DNA of 64,000 nt from a virus. How positions within the stretch are numbered: position 1 is the stretch's first letter; every line of letters begins with the position of its first letter. The stretch lies in the IMG/VR virus record IMGVR_UViG_3300045988_154277; one strand, given 5' to 3'. Below are positions 35,742-46,561 of the stretch, piece by piece. Made by a program: the position numbers and the translations under genes. The notes under the pieces were generated by a model. The model had not been told where the DNA came from, ran no database searches, and saw nothing but the letters and a program-made list of their open reading frames with translations.

Positions 35742-37868
35742 ATGGCGACGACTATTAAGCCATTCCCACATTATCAGATCAATGTGAAAGATAACTCCAT
35801 CTACAACGTGGAGTACACGACCATCCTCCCGGTGCATCGTCCGATCTGGATCATGCGCGCTCAGGAAGGACCGGTTGGGGATCCCGTGTGGTGTCCGACG
35901 TATACATTCGCTGCGGCTACTTTCGGTGAACAGACCTTCACCAATACCAATAAGAAGTACTACAGCAAACAGGCGAAAGTCCTGGTGGATACGCTGACCT
36001 ACAACGGTGCCTTCATCTGTCGTGCCGCCGATGAAACTGCTCTAAACTCAGTGGTGATCATCGAAGCTTGGGTTCGTCAGGTGAATGGAACCGAAGAAGA
36101 CGGAATCCTCCAGTACCTTTACGATGATGATGGACATCGACAAGTCGATGATGATGGCAACTACAAGCCGAAGAAAGACGGTGCTGGCAACAATGTGTAT
36201 GAACCTGGTCTCGAGATCAAGTACACACAGCGTTCCGCTCTGCTCTCTTCGGAAGAAGTTAGCGGTTTCGACTTCAGCTCTCTGCAGATGCGTCCAGAGG
36301 AGGATGGCGGCAAGAACTGGTCGGTTTACCCGATCATGGTCTTCGAAGCCCTCTATCCCGGCGAATACGGCAACGACCTCTGCTTCTCCCTGTTCTACAA
36401 GAACTCTGAGAACCTGGCTGGAGATGTCAACTTCTACAAGACGTTGTTCTACACTTTCGCTCCGGCTCGGAGAGATTACAACAGCACCACGGTTACTCCT
36501 CATTACGACATCTATAACACCACTCAGAACAGCTTCGCTGCGAACCCAGAGACGCTGAACCCCGATACTGGTGCTGAGATGTCGATGCAGGCGGTGTGCA
36601 ATAAAGCCTACGATGAAGATACGCATCAGCTTCCGTACACCATCTACACCTATGAAGAGAACCTGAACAAGATCGGTAACCTTATCGCTCAGTTTGAAAC
36701 GGAAGGGTCTCTTGGACTTACCAAACCTGATAATGTTTCGAATAGCGCTTTCGGCTACATGGTCAATGTGATCTCCTGCCGCAACCTCGGTGGAACGCCG
36801 TATGATCACGTCCGTCTGATCACCATCGACGAGACCGATGAAACTGTCGTTCAGCTTGCTGAAGACAGCTACATCTACCTGGCTGGTGGTTACGATGGCA
36901 GCGACATCGGCGATGAGATGGTTCAGAAGTGCATCCAGCAGTTCTGTGCTAAAAAACTCAATCCGAAGATCGTGGACAAGTTCCGCTATCCATTCACTCA
37001 CATGTACGATGTGGGTTACAACTTCGACACCAAGTACGCGATGCTCGATTTCCTCGATGTTCGCGACGACGTGATGATCGAACTGAGCACCCAGGTGCTC
37101 ATGGCGGATGGTACAGGTCGTACGATCCAGATGAACGACCAGATGACCGATGAGTCCAACGGCGAAGCTCTGCGTAGCCGTGCTCTGCTCATGCGGGAAT
37201 CGGTTCTCAAAGGCACCGACTGCTGCCGTTGTGCGATCTATGCGCATACCGGGTTCCTTGCGGATGGTGTCTACAGTGAACCCATGCCGTTCACTTACTG
37301 GAGTGCGATGAAGCACGCTATGTATGGCAACCTGCCGTATATGAACACGACCGAACCACGTGGTTGGCCTCAGAGCTACAACGAGTACTTCAAAGTCTCG
37401 TCTGTCAACTGGATCAACTACGATCCGGAAGGTCAGTCTCGTGTTTGGGACACTGGTATCAACTATGTCCAGTGGGCAGACATGTCTCGCATCTTCTATC
37501 CTGCTCTTCGCACCGTGTACCGTGCGGAAACCTCGGTGCTCGTCGATCAGTGGTTCGTCGATGCGGTGGTCTACACCAAGCATGTGGTTCGTAAAGCCTG
37601 GGGTAAGTTCAGCGGACGCAACGACAAAGTTGCTGTGCTGCAGCAAGGGATCAAGGAGTACCTTGATACCGAGCTCTCTTACCTGTACAACGGCAAGTAC
37701 GATTTCGAAGTCTCGGTCTATCAGACCGCCGAAGAACAGCGTATCGGATATATCCAGCACGTCCTGATCCGACTCACCAGTCCTGCCACCATGCGTGTGC
37801 TCGACGTTGATATCGAGGTCAACCGTGAAGGTTACAATCCGGAAGAAACAACTGCTGAAGCAGCGTAA
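35742..37868 (+). CDS. Major virion structural protein (tail-sheath-like or capsid-like, 708 aa)
   Basis: Size and composition. Paired with a 342-aa gene and then a terminator. RBS GGAGAAA. Confidence 0.35.
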   Translation: MATTIKPFPHYQINVKDNSIYNVEYTTILPVHRPIWIMRAQEGPVGDPVWCPTYTFAAATFGEQTFTNTNKKYYSKQAKVLVDTLTYNGAFICRAADETALNSVVIIEAWVRQVNGTEEDGILQYLYDDDGHRQVDDDGNYKPKKDGAGNNVYEPGLEIKYTQRSALLSSEEVSGFDFSSLQMRPEEDGGKNWSVYPIMVFEALYPGEYGNDLCFSLFYKNSENLAGDVNFYKTLFYTFAPARRDYNSTTVTPHYDIYNTTQNSFAANPETLNPDTGAEMSMQAVCNKAYDEDTHQLPYTIYTYEENLNKIGNLIAQFETEGSLGLTKPDNVSNSAFGYMVNVISCRNLGGTPYDHVRLITIDETDETVVQLAEDSYIYLAGGYDGSDIGDEMVQKCIQQFCAKKLNPKIVDKFRYPFTHMYDVGYNFDTKYAMLDFLDVRDDVMIELSTQVLMADGTGRTIQMNDQMTDESNGEALRSRALLMRESVLKGTDCCRCAIYAHTGFLADGVYSEPMPFTYWSAMKHAMYGNLPYMNTTEPRGWPQSYNEYFKVSSVNWINYDPEGQSRVWDTGINYVQWADMSRIFYPALRTVYRAETSVLVDQWFVDAVVYTKHVVRKAWGKFSGRNDKVAVLQQGIKEYLDTELSYLYNGKYDFEVSVYQTAEEQRIGYIQHVLIRLTSPATMRVLDVDIEVNREGYNPEETTAEAA

Positions 37869-37878
37869 GAGGTGAACT

Positions 37879-38907
37879 ATGGCTTCTAAGAATCAAGAAA
37901 ACCTCGGTCGGTTCTTCTACGAACCGGAACAAGCTGCTCAGATCACCGGTGTCCAGCAGGGTACCTCTCTTCCGATGACCTCGGATGAGAAAGGCATGTC
38001 CTCGGGTCTCCAGCTCGGATCCGGTTCCAACATGCCGCTGTTGGACGTCGCTACGCCGTGTACGTTTACCCCTGTCGTCCTGGTGGTGACTTCGCTCCCT
38101 GCCATGTACGTCGTGGATGGTAAGCCGACCCGCATGGCGTGGGTTCTGAAAGACCTCATCGAAAGTCACGCGAAATCTGTTACTGGCATCGACTTCGGTT
38201 ATACGCTCGGTACACAGGAAGGTCCTGTCGGTCACGACAGCCAGAACTTCCTTGTCCCTGCGAAAACCACTCGTGGTCAGGTCAGTCCTTCGTTCACCTT
38301 CGATGAACTGAGTGGCAACCTTGTCTGGAACACGTTCAAGAAGTGGATCTGGGACATCCAGCATCCCGATACGAACGCGAGTATGGCCAACGTGGTCTTC
38401 CCTGGCGCTTACACGATGTCCGCTTATGCGCTCTCGTTCATGGCGATCCAGTTCGACCCAACCATGCGTCCGGATCACATCATCGACGCCGCCCACTACG
38501 CCAACGTCTGGCCGACGGGCACTGGTGATATCGGATTCCAGCGTGTGATCGGAACGGTTCAGCACCCGGAACGTACGATCCCGATGACGGCTATCGTTCA
38601 ACACAATGATTACATCAAGACCATTGCGATGACGATCGCTGAGCAGTTGGCGCTACACAAGCACAACTACAACATCGCGCCCCCGTACAAATCGAGGGTG
38701 GACAAACCGCTCGAAGGCATGGGTCTCGGTGTGGAACACGAAGAGCGTATGGGTTGGGCGAAGCAGGATGGTATCTCTTCGTTCGATACTCGTCCCTCCA
38801 GTGGCACCACCACCTCGACATCTCATGCGGTTCACCCGGATCAGATGCAGTATCCGGATGGTGTGTCCAACTTCCAGCGTTCCGACAGGAACTGGGACCA
38901 GAACTAA
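37879..38907 (+). CDS. Virion structural protein (tube-like partner?)
   Basis: Starts 10 nt after the previous gene. Followed by a terminator. Confidence 0.35.
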   Translation: MASKNQENLGRFFYEPEQAAQITGVQQGTSLPMTSDEKGMSSGLQLGSGSNMPLLDVATPCTFTPVVLVVTSLPAMYVVDGKPTRMAWVLKDLIESHAKSVTGIDFGYTLGTQEGPVGHDSQNFLVPAKTTRGQVSPSFTFDELSGNLVWNTFKKWIWDIQHPDTNASMANVVFPGAYTMSAYALSFMAIQFDPTMRPDHIIDAAHYANVWPTGTGDIGFQRVIGTVQHPERTIPMTAIVQHNDYIKTIAMTIAEQLALHKHNYNIAPPYKSRVDKPLEGMGLGVEHEERMGWAKQDGISSFDTRPSSGTTTSTSHAVHPDQMQYPDGVSNFQRSDRNWDQN

Positions 38908-38920
38908 TCGTTCTATCGAT

Positions 38921-38953
38921 ATCTACCAAGGAAGTGTATTCTCCCTTGGTAGA
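38921..38953 (+). terminator. Terminator ATCTACCAAGG-aagtgtattctc-CCTTGGTAGAT plus ATTTTAC
   Basis: 11-bp stem plus T-rich tail after the stop at 38907. Confidence 0.55.
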
Positions 38954-39096
38954 TATTTTACTTATATCGATCGCATACGATGCCCGGATTGAACACATAC
39001 ATGAATGATCCATCCGTTAATGCTGTTTGATCATTTCTCATGATTTTATCCCTGCTATAGCAGGGATGTGTTTAAACGAGATGACAAAAAAGAAGA

Positions 39097-39123
39097 AGGT
39101 GTGCCCCGTAGAGCACACCTTAC
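39097..39123 (-). terminator. Terminator (minus strand: AAGGTGTGC-tctacggg-GCACACCTT plus CTTCTTTTTTGTC)
   Basis: Stem plus T-run directly after the stop at 39134. Confidence 0.6.
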
Positions 39124-39133
39124 TATCCTCTGC

Positions 39134-39361
39134 TTATCGAAGCAGAACTTTTACACGATCTGCAATCACACACATCGTGTCAGTGATCACAGTCGTGAGT
39201 AACGCTGTCGCTTTTGGCATGAACAGCCAGATACCCCAGGTACAGAACCACAAAGCGTTTTCTGTTGTGTAGGCTTTGAAGAGTCCGAACAGTGGGATGT
39301 ATCCGTAGAAGAAGACGGAGAGTGCGATGACGACGACAGTGTCAGTTGTTTTGGTGTTCAT
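39134..39361 (-). CDS. Small two-TM membrane protein; holin-like candidate
   Basis: 75 aa with two hydrophobic helices (VVVIALSVFFYGYIPLFGLF and WFCTWGIWLF...ALLTTVI). RBS AAGGAAGGAG. Confidence 0.4.
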   Translation of the reverse strand: MNTKTTDTVVVIALSVFFYGYIPLFGLFKAYTTENALWFCTWGIWLFMPKATALLTTVITDTMCVIADRVKVLLR

Positions 39362-39495
39362 AATAGAACTCCTTCCTTTTAATTGTTTACGATTACAAAC
39401 ATTATTTGAATAAAGCACGAGTGACATAGCCTATGGCTAGAAGAGTGTTCGCATCACTCAACTAGCAAACAAATTGATTTGGTTAACAGCTCAGT

Positions 39496-39678
39496 TTACT
39501 GAGCTACAGGGATGATGTCGTAAACACCATTCCCAAGGTCAACAACCTTCGCTACTTGAACGTAGCGTCCGTCGTGTGTTCTCACACGAAGACTGGATGC
39601 AGGAAGTCGACCTGTGATGACTTGGCGCAGAAGCCTTGCCATTGTGTAGTCTTTTGGACGTGAGTTAATCACAGCCAT
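39496..39678 (-). CDS. Small 60-aa protein; paralog of the 23499..23669 gene
   Basis: RBS GGAGGTG. Sequence similarity is listed under the 23499 entry. Confidence 0.45.
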   Translation of the reverse strand: MAVINSRPKDYTMARLLRQVITGRLPASSLRVRTHDGRYVQVAKVVDLGNGVYDIIPVAQ

Positions 39679-39822
39679 AAGTACACCTCCAAGGTTAAGA
39701 CAGTGGCATTGGTTAACGGTAAGGTGAGATTACGATACATCACCAATGAACAACAGAAGCTGATGTAATCACCACTTAACTACATCACAAACAGGAGGCG
39801 AGTCACTCGTCGCTCTATTCGC

Positions 39823-39847
39823 TTAAGTAATATATACGTGAAAAACG
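39823..39847 (-). promoter_or_regulatory. Recurring TATATAT box (TTAAGTAATATATACGTGAAAAACG)
   Basis: 25-mer shared with the 47459 and 61830 copies. Adjacent to the hairpin at 39864-39899. Confidence 0.45.
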
Positions 39848-39863
39848 TTTCACTTACACTTTT

Positions 39864-39899
39864 AAATAAAGCGATACAGGAGTTGAGGGTTGCCCCTCA
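39864..39899 (-). terminator. Hairpin ATACAGGAGTTGAGGG-ttgc-CCCTCAACTCCTGTAT
   Basis: 16-bp perfect stem after the stop at 39920. Confidence 0.55.
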
Positions 39900-39919
39900 A
39901 CTCCTGTATCTTAATTACG

Positions 39920-42796
39920 TTAGAATGATGGTGGCGGTGGTGTTTCGTCGAAGTTCATGTCCTGAGGTTCTTGTGGTGTACCACCTTCCTCCGGAGCACT
40001 ACCTTGTCCTCCTCCACCTTGATCCACTTGGTCGAATGCCTGATCCAAGTCAGATGCTTGTTCCTCAGGATTCATAGTTCCACCTTCTTCTGGAGCTCCA
40101 CCCGTGGGTTGTTCTCCACCGAACTCATCGGTAGTTCCTCCCATATCGGATCCTCCACCCATATCACCGTACGGGTTATCACCTTGTTCTTCCAGGTGTT
40201 TCCTGGCTTCATCTACGACATATTTCTTGAAGTTATCGAACTTAAGCTTCTGGTTCGTAACGTAGTCGTAGAGATCGAATGCGTTCTTGATGTTGATATC
40301 CTTCGGGAATGGGATATCGAACGAACTCTGGAATCCAACTTGCTTGATGTAATCACGAATCATATCCGATTTAACGGTTTCTCGGAAGAGGGTGAACATC
40401 TCTTTCGCATCCTGATCCATGATCTGATTTTCATTGAAGATCATCTGCAGAACACGATCGATCGCATCCGCATACGAAGTGATCTCTTCGTACTGGGCTT
40501 TGTCGACCACGATCTGAGGAGCAGGCAAGGAAATCTTGATGTTCTTGATCACCGTCTGAAGTTGTTTCTTGATGGAGTCTTTGTTCAGCTCCACTTCCTG
40601 CTTCGACTTCGGAGGTTTCGGATCGGATCCTTCTGCTTCATTGGAAGCTTTCATATCCTTACGGCTCTTGGAAGAGGTCTTCAGGATCTCTTCGATCCTC
40701 TTCTGCAGTGGGGAGGAGTACTTGAGATATGTACGGATCAGCTTGTTTCCGAACTTGGTCGTCGTCTTCTGTTCTCCCTTGATCTTGTTGTTGTACATCA
40801 AGTTCGTAGTAGCAACAGAACGAGAGTATTCCTGTTCCCCTGTTTGGTTAAGAGCAGCATGAGGAACTTCCAACCCGGTGATGATCCAGTTGCTCAGCTG
40901 TTCCAGGAACGCCGTATCAGGAGAGATCGCATTCGCAGATTTCCTATCGGTTGTGATGTTGAGGTTCTCACGAAGTCCTTTCATGTTCTTCGGGAGCAAC
41001 GTAAGTGATCTCTGGAGGAGATCTCGTTGTACCGTCAACGGTTCGTTATCGAACCGCAACATCTTCTTCTCGATGAACGCATCTCGCACCATAGCGAGAT
41101 ACTGTGTGACGTTGGCGTTCTTCTCATCCACATCCACTTCGATGACTTTGTTGTCGATCGCATTCTCTGTGGCAGCCATGATACCGGAGATCAGAAGAAC
41201 CGTTCTCAAGGAGAGAAGTGTACTCAGATCCTCGATACGCGATTTACCAGTTCCATCGATGTGGTAATCATAAGCCATGTACACCATCATGGAAGCTGGG
41301 ACGAATACCAACCCTACTCTCTTACGATCCAAGAGATAACGGAAAAGACAGAGTGTCGTCGCTTCATGCTCTTCGATCGTAGCCCCTGAGAAACCATATT
41401 CTTCCAGTTTGTTGTTGAGCAGGTTCCTCATCGTAAGACCGAACATCATGGCAGTCGCTTTGAAGCGTTGATCGTCGTTGATGCCAGCTGCATATTTGTA
41501 CGCTGCTGGTTGACCGAATGTCGCCTGCATCGCACCTTCTGTCAACTTACGAGGACCGTTGTAGGTAGAACGATCGTAGACATGATCGGTCAATGGAGTA
41601 CCCCACTGGTTCACCAGAATGAAGTAACCGATGTGCTTATCGGGTGCACCAGGGATCGTCACTGGGATCACAGAGGAGTAAGGAAGATCAATCACGGTTG
41701 GATGGTGTTTCTCTTCCAAAGACTCTTCTGTATCGAGAAGATAAGTTGGATTAGCAGCATCCATCAAGAAATGTTCCAGAACTTTCTTCTCCATGTTCTT
41801 CGCAGCACCGTCGTAACGACTCTTCGTATTCAACTTCGTCGCATCGTACGTGATCACAACGGACTTCTTCGCTTCGGAGAACAGCTCCTTGATCGCTTTC
41901 TTGGTCTCTCTTGTGGTTGCAACTACCTCTGGATCTGTGAAGACCTCGTAAGACTTATCACTCAGTCTCCAATTTTCGAACATCTGATCGATATCTGCAT
42001 CGATCTTGTTGAGAAGATCATCATAGTGCTGTTTCTTACGACCCTCTGTTGGACGGATCGTTGGAATAAGCAACTCCATAGATGCGTCTTTGGCGTCGTA
42101 CATCATCGGTGGATCGTTATCATATTCCAGACGTTCACTTCCCATCGTGAAGTTGCCAGGGATCATCTGTTGATTCATCTGAGGATGATTGACATTCTTG
42201 ATGATCTCTTTGACATCGTGACCTGCTTTGATCTCATCGATATCCACCGCCGCATTCAGTGTATCGATATTCACCTGAGGTACTATGAGGATCGGAGAAG
42301 CGCCATCTTGGAAGATGGCTTTCTTCATCCAAGTCTTCATACGAGGAGCCAACTCAAACGTACCGTTGAAGAACTCAGTCAACTCAGAGGAGATCTTATC
42401 TTCGATATCCTGACCGAGATCGGTCTTCTCCAATAAGATCTGAATGCTGTTCGTCTGAAGATCGGTGGGACTGATCACAGAACTCACCCAGATATCGGCA
42501 GCGTCTTTCAGCTCAGGAGCCAACACCCCGAAACTTTGAGCAGTCCGAGACCAATTACCAGCCTGCTGAGAGATACCCAACAGCTGGTCAAGGAATTCAG
42601 AAGTGGAAGGAAGTTGTTCCGTATGGGAACCGTCGGGTGAGTAGATACCAGGAAGGTACCGCATCTCGGTTGGGGTATGAAGAGAGAGTTCGACATCCTG
42701 ATGTTGATCCTGTTCCGGGTTGTCTTCCGGGAACGAAACACCGAGGATTTTGCCTAACCTCTTCAGCCCTCTTGTAAAACTATTGTCTGTAGGCAT
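39920..42796 (-). CDS. Very large virion protein (958 aa) with an acidic Gly-rich C-terminus; portal-like or head-associated candidate
   Basis: Size and the acidic, disordered C-terminal tail (GGGSDMGG...EEGG...). Confidence 0.3.
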   Translation of the reverse strand: MPTDNSFTRGLKRLGKILGVSFPEDNPEQDQHQDVELSLHTPTEMRYLPGIYSPDGSHTEQLPSTSEFLDQLLGISQQAGNWSRTAQSFGVLAPELKDAADIWVSSVISPTDLQTNSIQILLEKTDLGQDIEDKISSELTEFFNGTFELAPRMKTWMKKAIFQDGASPILIVPQVNIDTLNAAVDIDEIKAGHDVKEIIKNVNHPQMNQQMIPGNFTMGSERLEYDNDPPMMYDAKDASMELLIPTIRPTEGRKKQHYDDLLNKIDADIDQMFENWRLSDKSYEVFTDPEVVATTRETKKAIKELFSEAKKSVVITYDATKLNTKSRYDGAAKNMEKKVLEHFLMDAANPTYLLDTEESLEEKHHPTVIDLPYSSVIPVTIPGAPDKHIGYFILVNQWGTPLTDHVYDRSTYNGPRKLTEGAMQATFGQPAAYKYAAGINDDQRFKATAMMFGLTMRNLLNNKLEEYGFSGATIEEHEATTLCLFRYLLDRKRVGLVFVPASMMVYMAYDYHIDGTGKSRIEDLSTLLSLRTVLLISGIMAATENAIDNKVIEVDVDEKNANVTQYLAMVRDAFIEKKMLRFDNEPLTVQRDLLQRSLTLLPKNMKGLRENLNITTDRKSANAISPDTAFLEQLSNWIITGLEVPHAALNQTGEQEYSRSVATTNLMYNNKIKGEQKTTTKFGNKLIRTYLKYSSPLQKRIEEILKTSSKSRKDMKASNEAEGSDPKPPKSKQEVELNKDSIKKQLQTVIKNIKISLPAPQIVVDKAQYEEITSYADAIDRVLQMIFNENQIMDQDAKEMFTLFRETVKSDMIRDYIKQVGFQSSFDIPFPKDINIKNAFDLYDYVTNQKLKFDNFKKYVVDEARKHLEEQGDNPYGDMGGGSDMGGTTDEFGGEQPTGGAPEEGGTMNPEEQASDLDQAFDQVDQGGGGQGSAPEEGGTPQEPQDMNFDETPPPPSF

Positions 42797-42829
42797 CCTA
42801 TGCTCAAACCTTTAAATTAGGAGGTTCAA

Positions 42830-45661
42830 TTGGTTCAGTTAGAATTATACATCAGGGAACCGATCAACTTCTTGAGGACTCTTACACTGAAGAACAGTCA
42901 CTTCGCTGATCTGATTTGGAAGAACGATGTACAACCTGAGTATCAGGATCGATTACCCACTGAGTTGAACCCGTATTACCGGCATATTCGTGGGGAATAT
43001 ATCCTTGCCAATGATACAACGGAAGTGTTCGGAGTTCAGATCCCGAATCATCGGATCTATCGACGTCTCGATGAGATGATTTACATCCAATCTCTCGATA
43101 CGCAACAGCAAGTTCCTTTTACCAAAGAGACGCTTGCTAAGCATCCGAAGACAGCTTCGTTGTATAGGATACCGAATTCCTATTACACAAAACTGTGCGA
43201 GAGCTACCCTCAATATAGCGACTTAATCAAGTCCATCGTGTATCCCATCCAAGAGGAAGTCTGGTGTCCAAGACACCAGCGTATGGAGACGATTGAAACA
43301 GCAGATAACTACACGATCTTCGGATATGATGAAGATATGTTCCAAGAGAACGAACGTACCTCAATCTACACGGCGCTTAAGACAACCCTTGAAATGGTTC
43401 GTGTCCGTTGGGATGTGAAGGAGTTCGACTACGAAGACATGTTCCCGATCGTACATCAGGGGATCTTGTGGCATCTTCTATATCTGACGATCTTCGGACA
43501 GAGGATCCTCAACGTCCGTACCTCCAAGGTACATGAGTTCCATATCTGGAGCTATCTCAATAGCAAGGGTATCGGTGATTACAGAGATGTTCTTTCTTTG
43601 AACCAGGCTCTGTTCTTGTACCGTAACATCAACTATCTGTTGAAGAACAAAGGAACTCAGAAGAACTTCAGTATCCTGATCGGTGCACTTCTCAGACCGA
43701 TGAATGTTTCTCTGTACAGCAAGTCTATCGTGCAGGATGTTACCAGAGGTACTTCTTCTGTTGTCACATCCGGTACAAGTGATGTTGATACGGTCGTTAA
43801 ACCGAAGACGGTTGTCTTGGATCACAACACGTTGAGCGCTTCGTTTTCGAACACTTGTAAACCGTATCCTCAGATCTTGTCGAATGTTGCTGGAGATGAT
43901 GCGATCATCGAACAGGCGGAATGTCTTGTGGATAACACCAGACATCGCGAGTATGGTAAAGCGGTTGATATCGTACAGAGGATCCTGAACCAGTACAAAA
44001 TGGGAGATGGATACACTCGGGTAGAGGAGATGAACACCGGTACGATCGAGGCAACATCGATCACGTACGATAAAGAACAGGAATCCTATCTGGAATACCA
44101 AGATGAGAACTTGTTTGAAGTATCTACTGACAAACAAGACCGTCGATTCGCTGTTACTCCTCACACTTTCTTAGATACGAAAGCTCACGAGATCGACAGA
44201 AACATCACGTCTACTCTGTATAACCAAGTGTATGCGAAGTTCGTTCAAGAGTCGATCTTGTACCGTGCATCCGAGAAAGACCTGAACTTCAGTATCATCA
44301 TAACTCCACCGGATACCAAAGTACCGCTTGCACTGGATGCAGATCAAGTGGTCGCTCTGTTGCTGTACTGTGCGTGTCGGGAAGTTGGGATCACTTTGGA
44401 GAAACCCCCTGTTGCTGCAGAAGTCATGTGGCCGTATAAGAAGGAGTTCCCGGAGATCCCTGAGATCTTCCACTATCAAGGGCACAAGAGACATACGAAA
44501 TCTTACCTCACGGATTACGGGTTTACCGATATGGTACCCTACCCCCTACCGCTCATCTCAGCGGACGATATGGCAGAAAAGATCCACAGCCAGGCGATCA
44601 ACTTTTTGCACAACTTCATCGAAGTGCATCGATCTGCATCATCGATCCACATGGAGATCTTGTTGAAGGTCTACCAGCAGAGATGCGTGAAAGGTTGGAT
44701 CCCGTTGAGTCTGATCAATAACATCCCATACACACAGTTCTTCCGTGTCGTAGATGGATTAGCAGATGTGATCGAACAGTACGACGCCAGTGTTGGTCCA
44801 GAACTGGAATATTCAAGGTTCTTCGATGCCTTAATGGAACAGTTCTATCCTGTGGATACTCCTCTTCTCCTGGAGAGTGAGACTGCTCTGAACGAGAAGT
44901 ATCGCAGAGTGAAACAGTTCTTCGTTGAGATGTGTTCGTACAACATCACGTTCTTCGATCACATCGAAGGGATGACGAACGTATCTCATACATTCTGGCA
45001 CAGTACGTTCGATGTACAGAAGAATATCCAGATCGCACGATTCGAATACATGTGGCATGAGTACTCCATGAAGTGGATGATCCATCATGTGTTCCAAGTC
45101 CCAACGGAACTACTGTTCCGTATGGATGTCCACGGACCTTACGAATACATCTATCGATACGTGTGGGAACTGTGTGATTTCACAGATATCAAACTGGAAC
45201 ATGTCATCCGAACTTACTTCACTTTGTGTGAACGAGATCTGGACATCTCCGGTAAGCTACAACCCAGATGGGAACGTCGCGATAACACGATCACCGATAC
45301 GATCCGAGTAGATCTCGGTGATGATCCGAATATGTACGATCATTACGATCTCACTCAAGAAGAACAAAGTCACTACATGGCTTGTCGTCAAGAGGATCGT
45401 GCGGATGGAAAACGTGTGAAGATATACACTCCATATCCTCAGCATGATCCGAATGATGGTGTGATCATTACCCATTTCAGCATGGGTGTTGAATCCTGGT
45501 CTCCATCGGGAAGTGTAACACCTGTATATCAGAACAACAATGTGGTTGAAGTAATCGAGGAGAAATCTCAATCGTGGAATGAGATCCCAGATTACAAGTT
45601 GATCACAGAGAATGAAACAACAACCTTTGAAAAGATTAACCATAACTACGTAGGAGTTTAA
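42830..45661 (+). CDS. Large hypothetical virion-associated protein (943 aa); TTG start
   Basis: AGGAGG lies 5 nt before TTG. Long ORF. Confidence 0.45.
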   Translation: MVQLELYIREPINFLRTLTLKNSHFADLIWKNDVQPEYQDRLPTELNPYYRHIRGEYILANDTTEVFGVQIPNHRIYRRLDEMIYIQSLDTQQQVPFTKETLAKHPKTASLYRIPNSYYTKLCESYPQYSDLIKSIVYPIQEEVWCPRHQRMETIETADNYTIFGYDEDMFQENERTSIYTALKTTLEMVRVRWDVKEFDYEDMFPIVHQGILWHLLYLTIFGQRILNVRTSKVHEFHIWSYLNSKGIGDYRDVLSLNQALFLYRNINYLLKNKGTQKNFSILIGALLRPMNVSLYSKSIVQDVTRGTSSVVTSGTSDVDTVVKPKTVVLDHNTLSASFSNTCKPYPQILSNVAGDDAIIEQAECLVDNTRHREYGKAVDIVQRILNQYKMGDGYTRVEEMNTGTIEATSITYDKEQESYLEYQDENLFEVSTDKQDRRFAVTPHTFLDTKAHEIDRNITSTLYNQVYAKFVQESILYRASEKDLNFSIIITPPDTKVPLALDADQVVALLLYCACREVGITLEKPPVAAEVMWPYKKEFPEIPEIFHYQGHKRHTKSYLTDYGFTDMVPYPLPLISADDMAEKIHSQAINFLHNFIEVHRSASSIHMEILLKVYQQRCVKGWIPLSLINNIPYTQFFRVVDGLADVIEQYDASVGPELEYSRFFDALMEQFYPVDTPLLLESETALNEKYRRVKQFFVEMCSYNITFFDHIEGMTNVSHTFWHSTFDVQKNIQIARFEYMWHEYSMKWMIHHVFQVPTELLFRMDVHGPYEYIYRYVWELCDFTDIKLEHVIRTYFTLCERDLDISGKLQPRWERRDNTITDTIRVDLGDDPNMYDHYDLTQEEQSHYMACRQEDRADGKRVKIYTPYPQHDPNDGVIITHFSMGVESWSPSGSVTPVYQNNNVVEVIEEKSQSWNEIPDYKLITENETTTFEKINHNYVGV

Positions 45662-45667
45662 TCGATC

Positions 45668-46501
45668 ATGGCAGATACTGTTTTCAAATCTGCGGGTTCC
45701 GTAACAACGATCATCGGAGCCATGAACCAGTTCCAAGCTTTCGCTGACTTGGACTTCGTGGAAGACCTCAGAACCACGTTGAACACCAAGTACAACATCC
45801 TGGCGGAACGTCGTCCGTCTACGGTACCGATGCTTCGTTACTTCGGGATCGGTGTTCGTGGATATCAGAACACGGATGGCAACCAAGGTGCTCTTCCGTT
45901 CAGCCCTAAAGCTACGGATATGGATCTGTACACTCCGATCCCGTTCCGGTGTGTCCCTGCAACCAACGATCTGACTCAAACCGAACGTCAGAAATATCGC
46001 ATGCGTGTTCGTGCCACCTATAACGGTGTCGAATACATCTGTTACTATCTCAAAACGATCACCTGGGACCCTTCCCATATTGAGCTGGTCCAGAAAGATA
46101 CAGATGATGTTGAGACCCCATACGCTCTGGATCCATCCAACCTGAACCCGGAACCTCCAACATTCGAGACTGGTGGTTCTATCGACACGAACCTGAACCG
46201 TGTGATCGTTCGTGCGACTGGTGTCTGTGAAGTCACTGGTTCGGAAGTGATGGAAGCCGTGAATGTCATCTACGGTGCGAATCTGATGTATGCACGTATC
46301 AGTGAGTTCGGGTTCTACACTGGATGTGAAGTCGGTGTGGATGCGGATGAACAGCCTGTGGATGGATCCGGTGTCAATACCGAAGCAACCTATGTTCAAC
46401 TGTGCAAGAAACGCTGCACACTCGGTACCGATCTGAGTGATCCTGGTTCCTATATGAGACCTTACATCTCGTTTGAATCGAGCTGCTGTCTCGAGATCTA
46501 A
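45668..46501 (+). CDS. Hypothetical protein
   Basis: Starts 7 nt after the previous stop. Followed by a terminator. Confidence 0.45.
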   Translation: MADTVFKSAGSVTTIIGAMNQFQAFADLDFVEDLRTTLNTKYNILAERRPSTVPMLRYFGIGVRGYQNTDGNQGALPFSPKATDMDLYTPIPFRCVPATNDLTQTERQKYRMRVRATYNGVEYICYYLKTITWDPSHIELVQKDTDDVETPYALDPSNLNPEPPTFETGGSIDTNLNRVIVRATGVCEVTGSEVMEAVNVIYGANLMYARISEFGFYTGCEVGVDADEQPVDGSGVNTEATYVQLCKKRCTLGTDLSDPGSYMRPYISFESSCCLEI

Positions 46502-46519
46502 TCGAAGACAAAAGAAGAA

Positions 46520-46557
46520 CTACTAGAGAAGAGAGTAACATCTCTTCTCTAGTAGTA
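46520..46557. terminator. Bidirectional terminator ACTACTAGAGAAGAGA-gtaaca-TCTCTTCTCTAGTAGT
   Basis: 16-bp perfect stem between convergent genes. Confidence 0.6.
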
Positions 46558-46561
46558 TCAT

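Noticed and set aside
36048-37760. 570-aa antisense ORF inside the 708-aa structural gene
   Set aside because: No RBS. It lies entirely within a well-supported + strand gene and its translation is Arg/Val/His-rich, which is the composition of a shadow frame.
38615-39013. 132-aa Cys/Arg-rich minus-strand ORF
   Set aside because: It overlaps the 3' third of the 37879..38907 gene on the opposite strand and reaches into the terminator region. Its composition is typical of a spurious frame.
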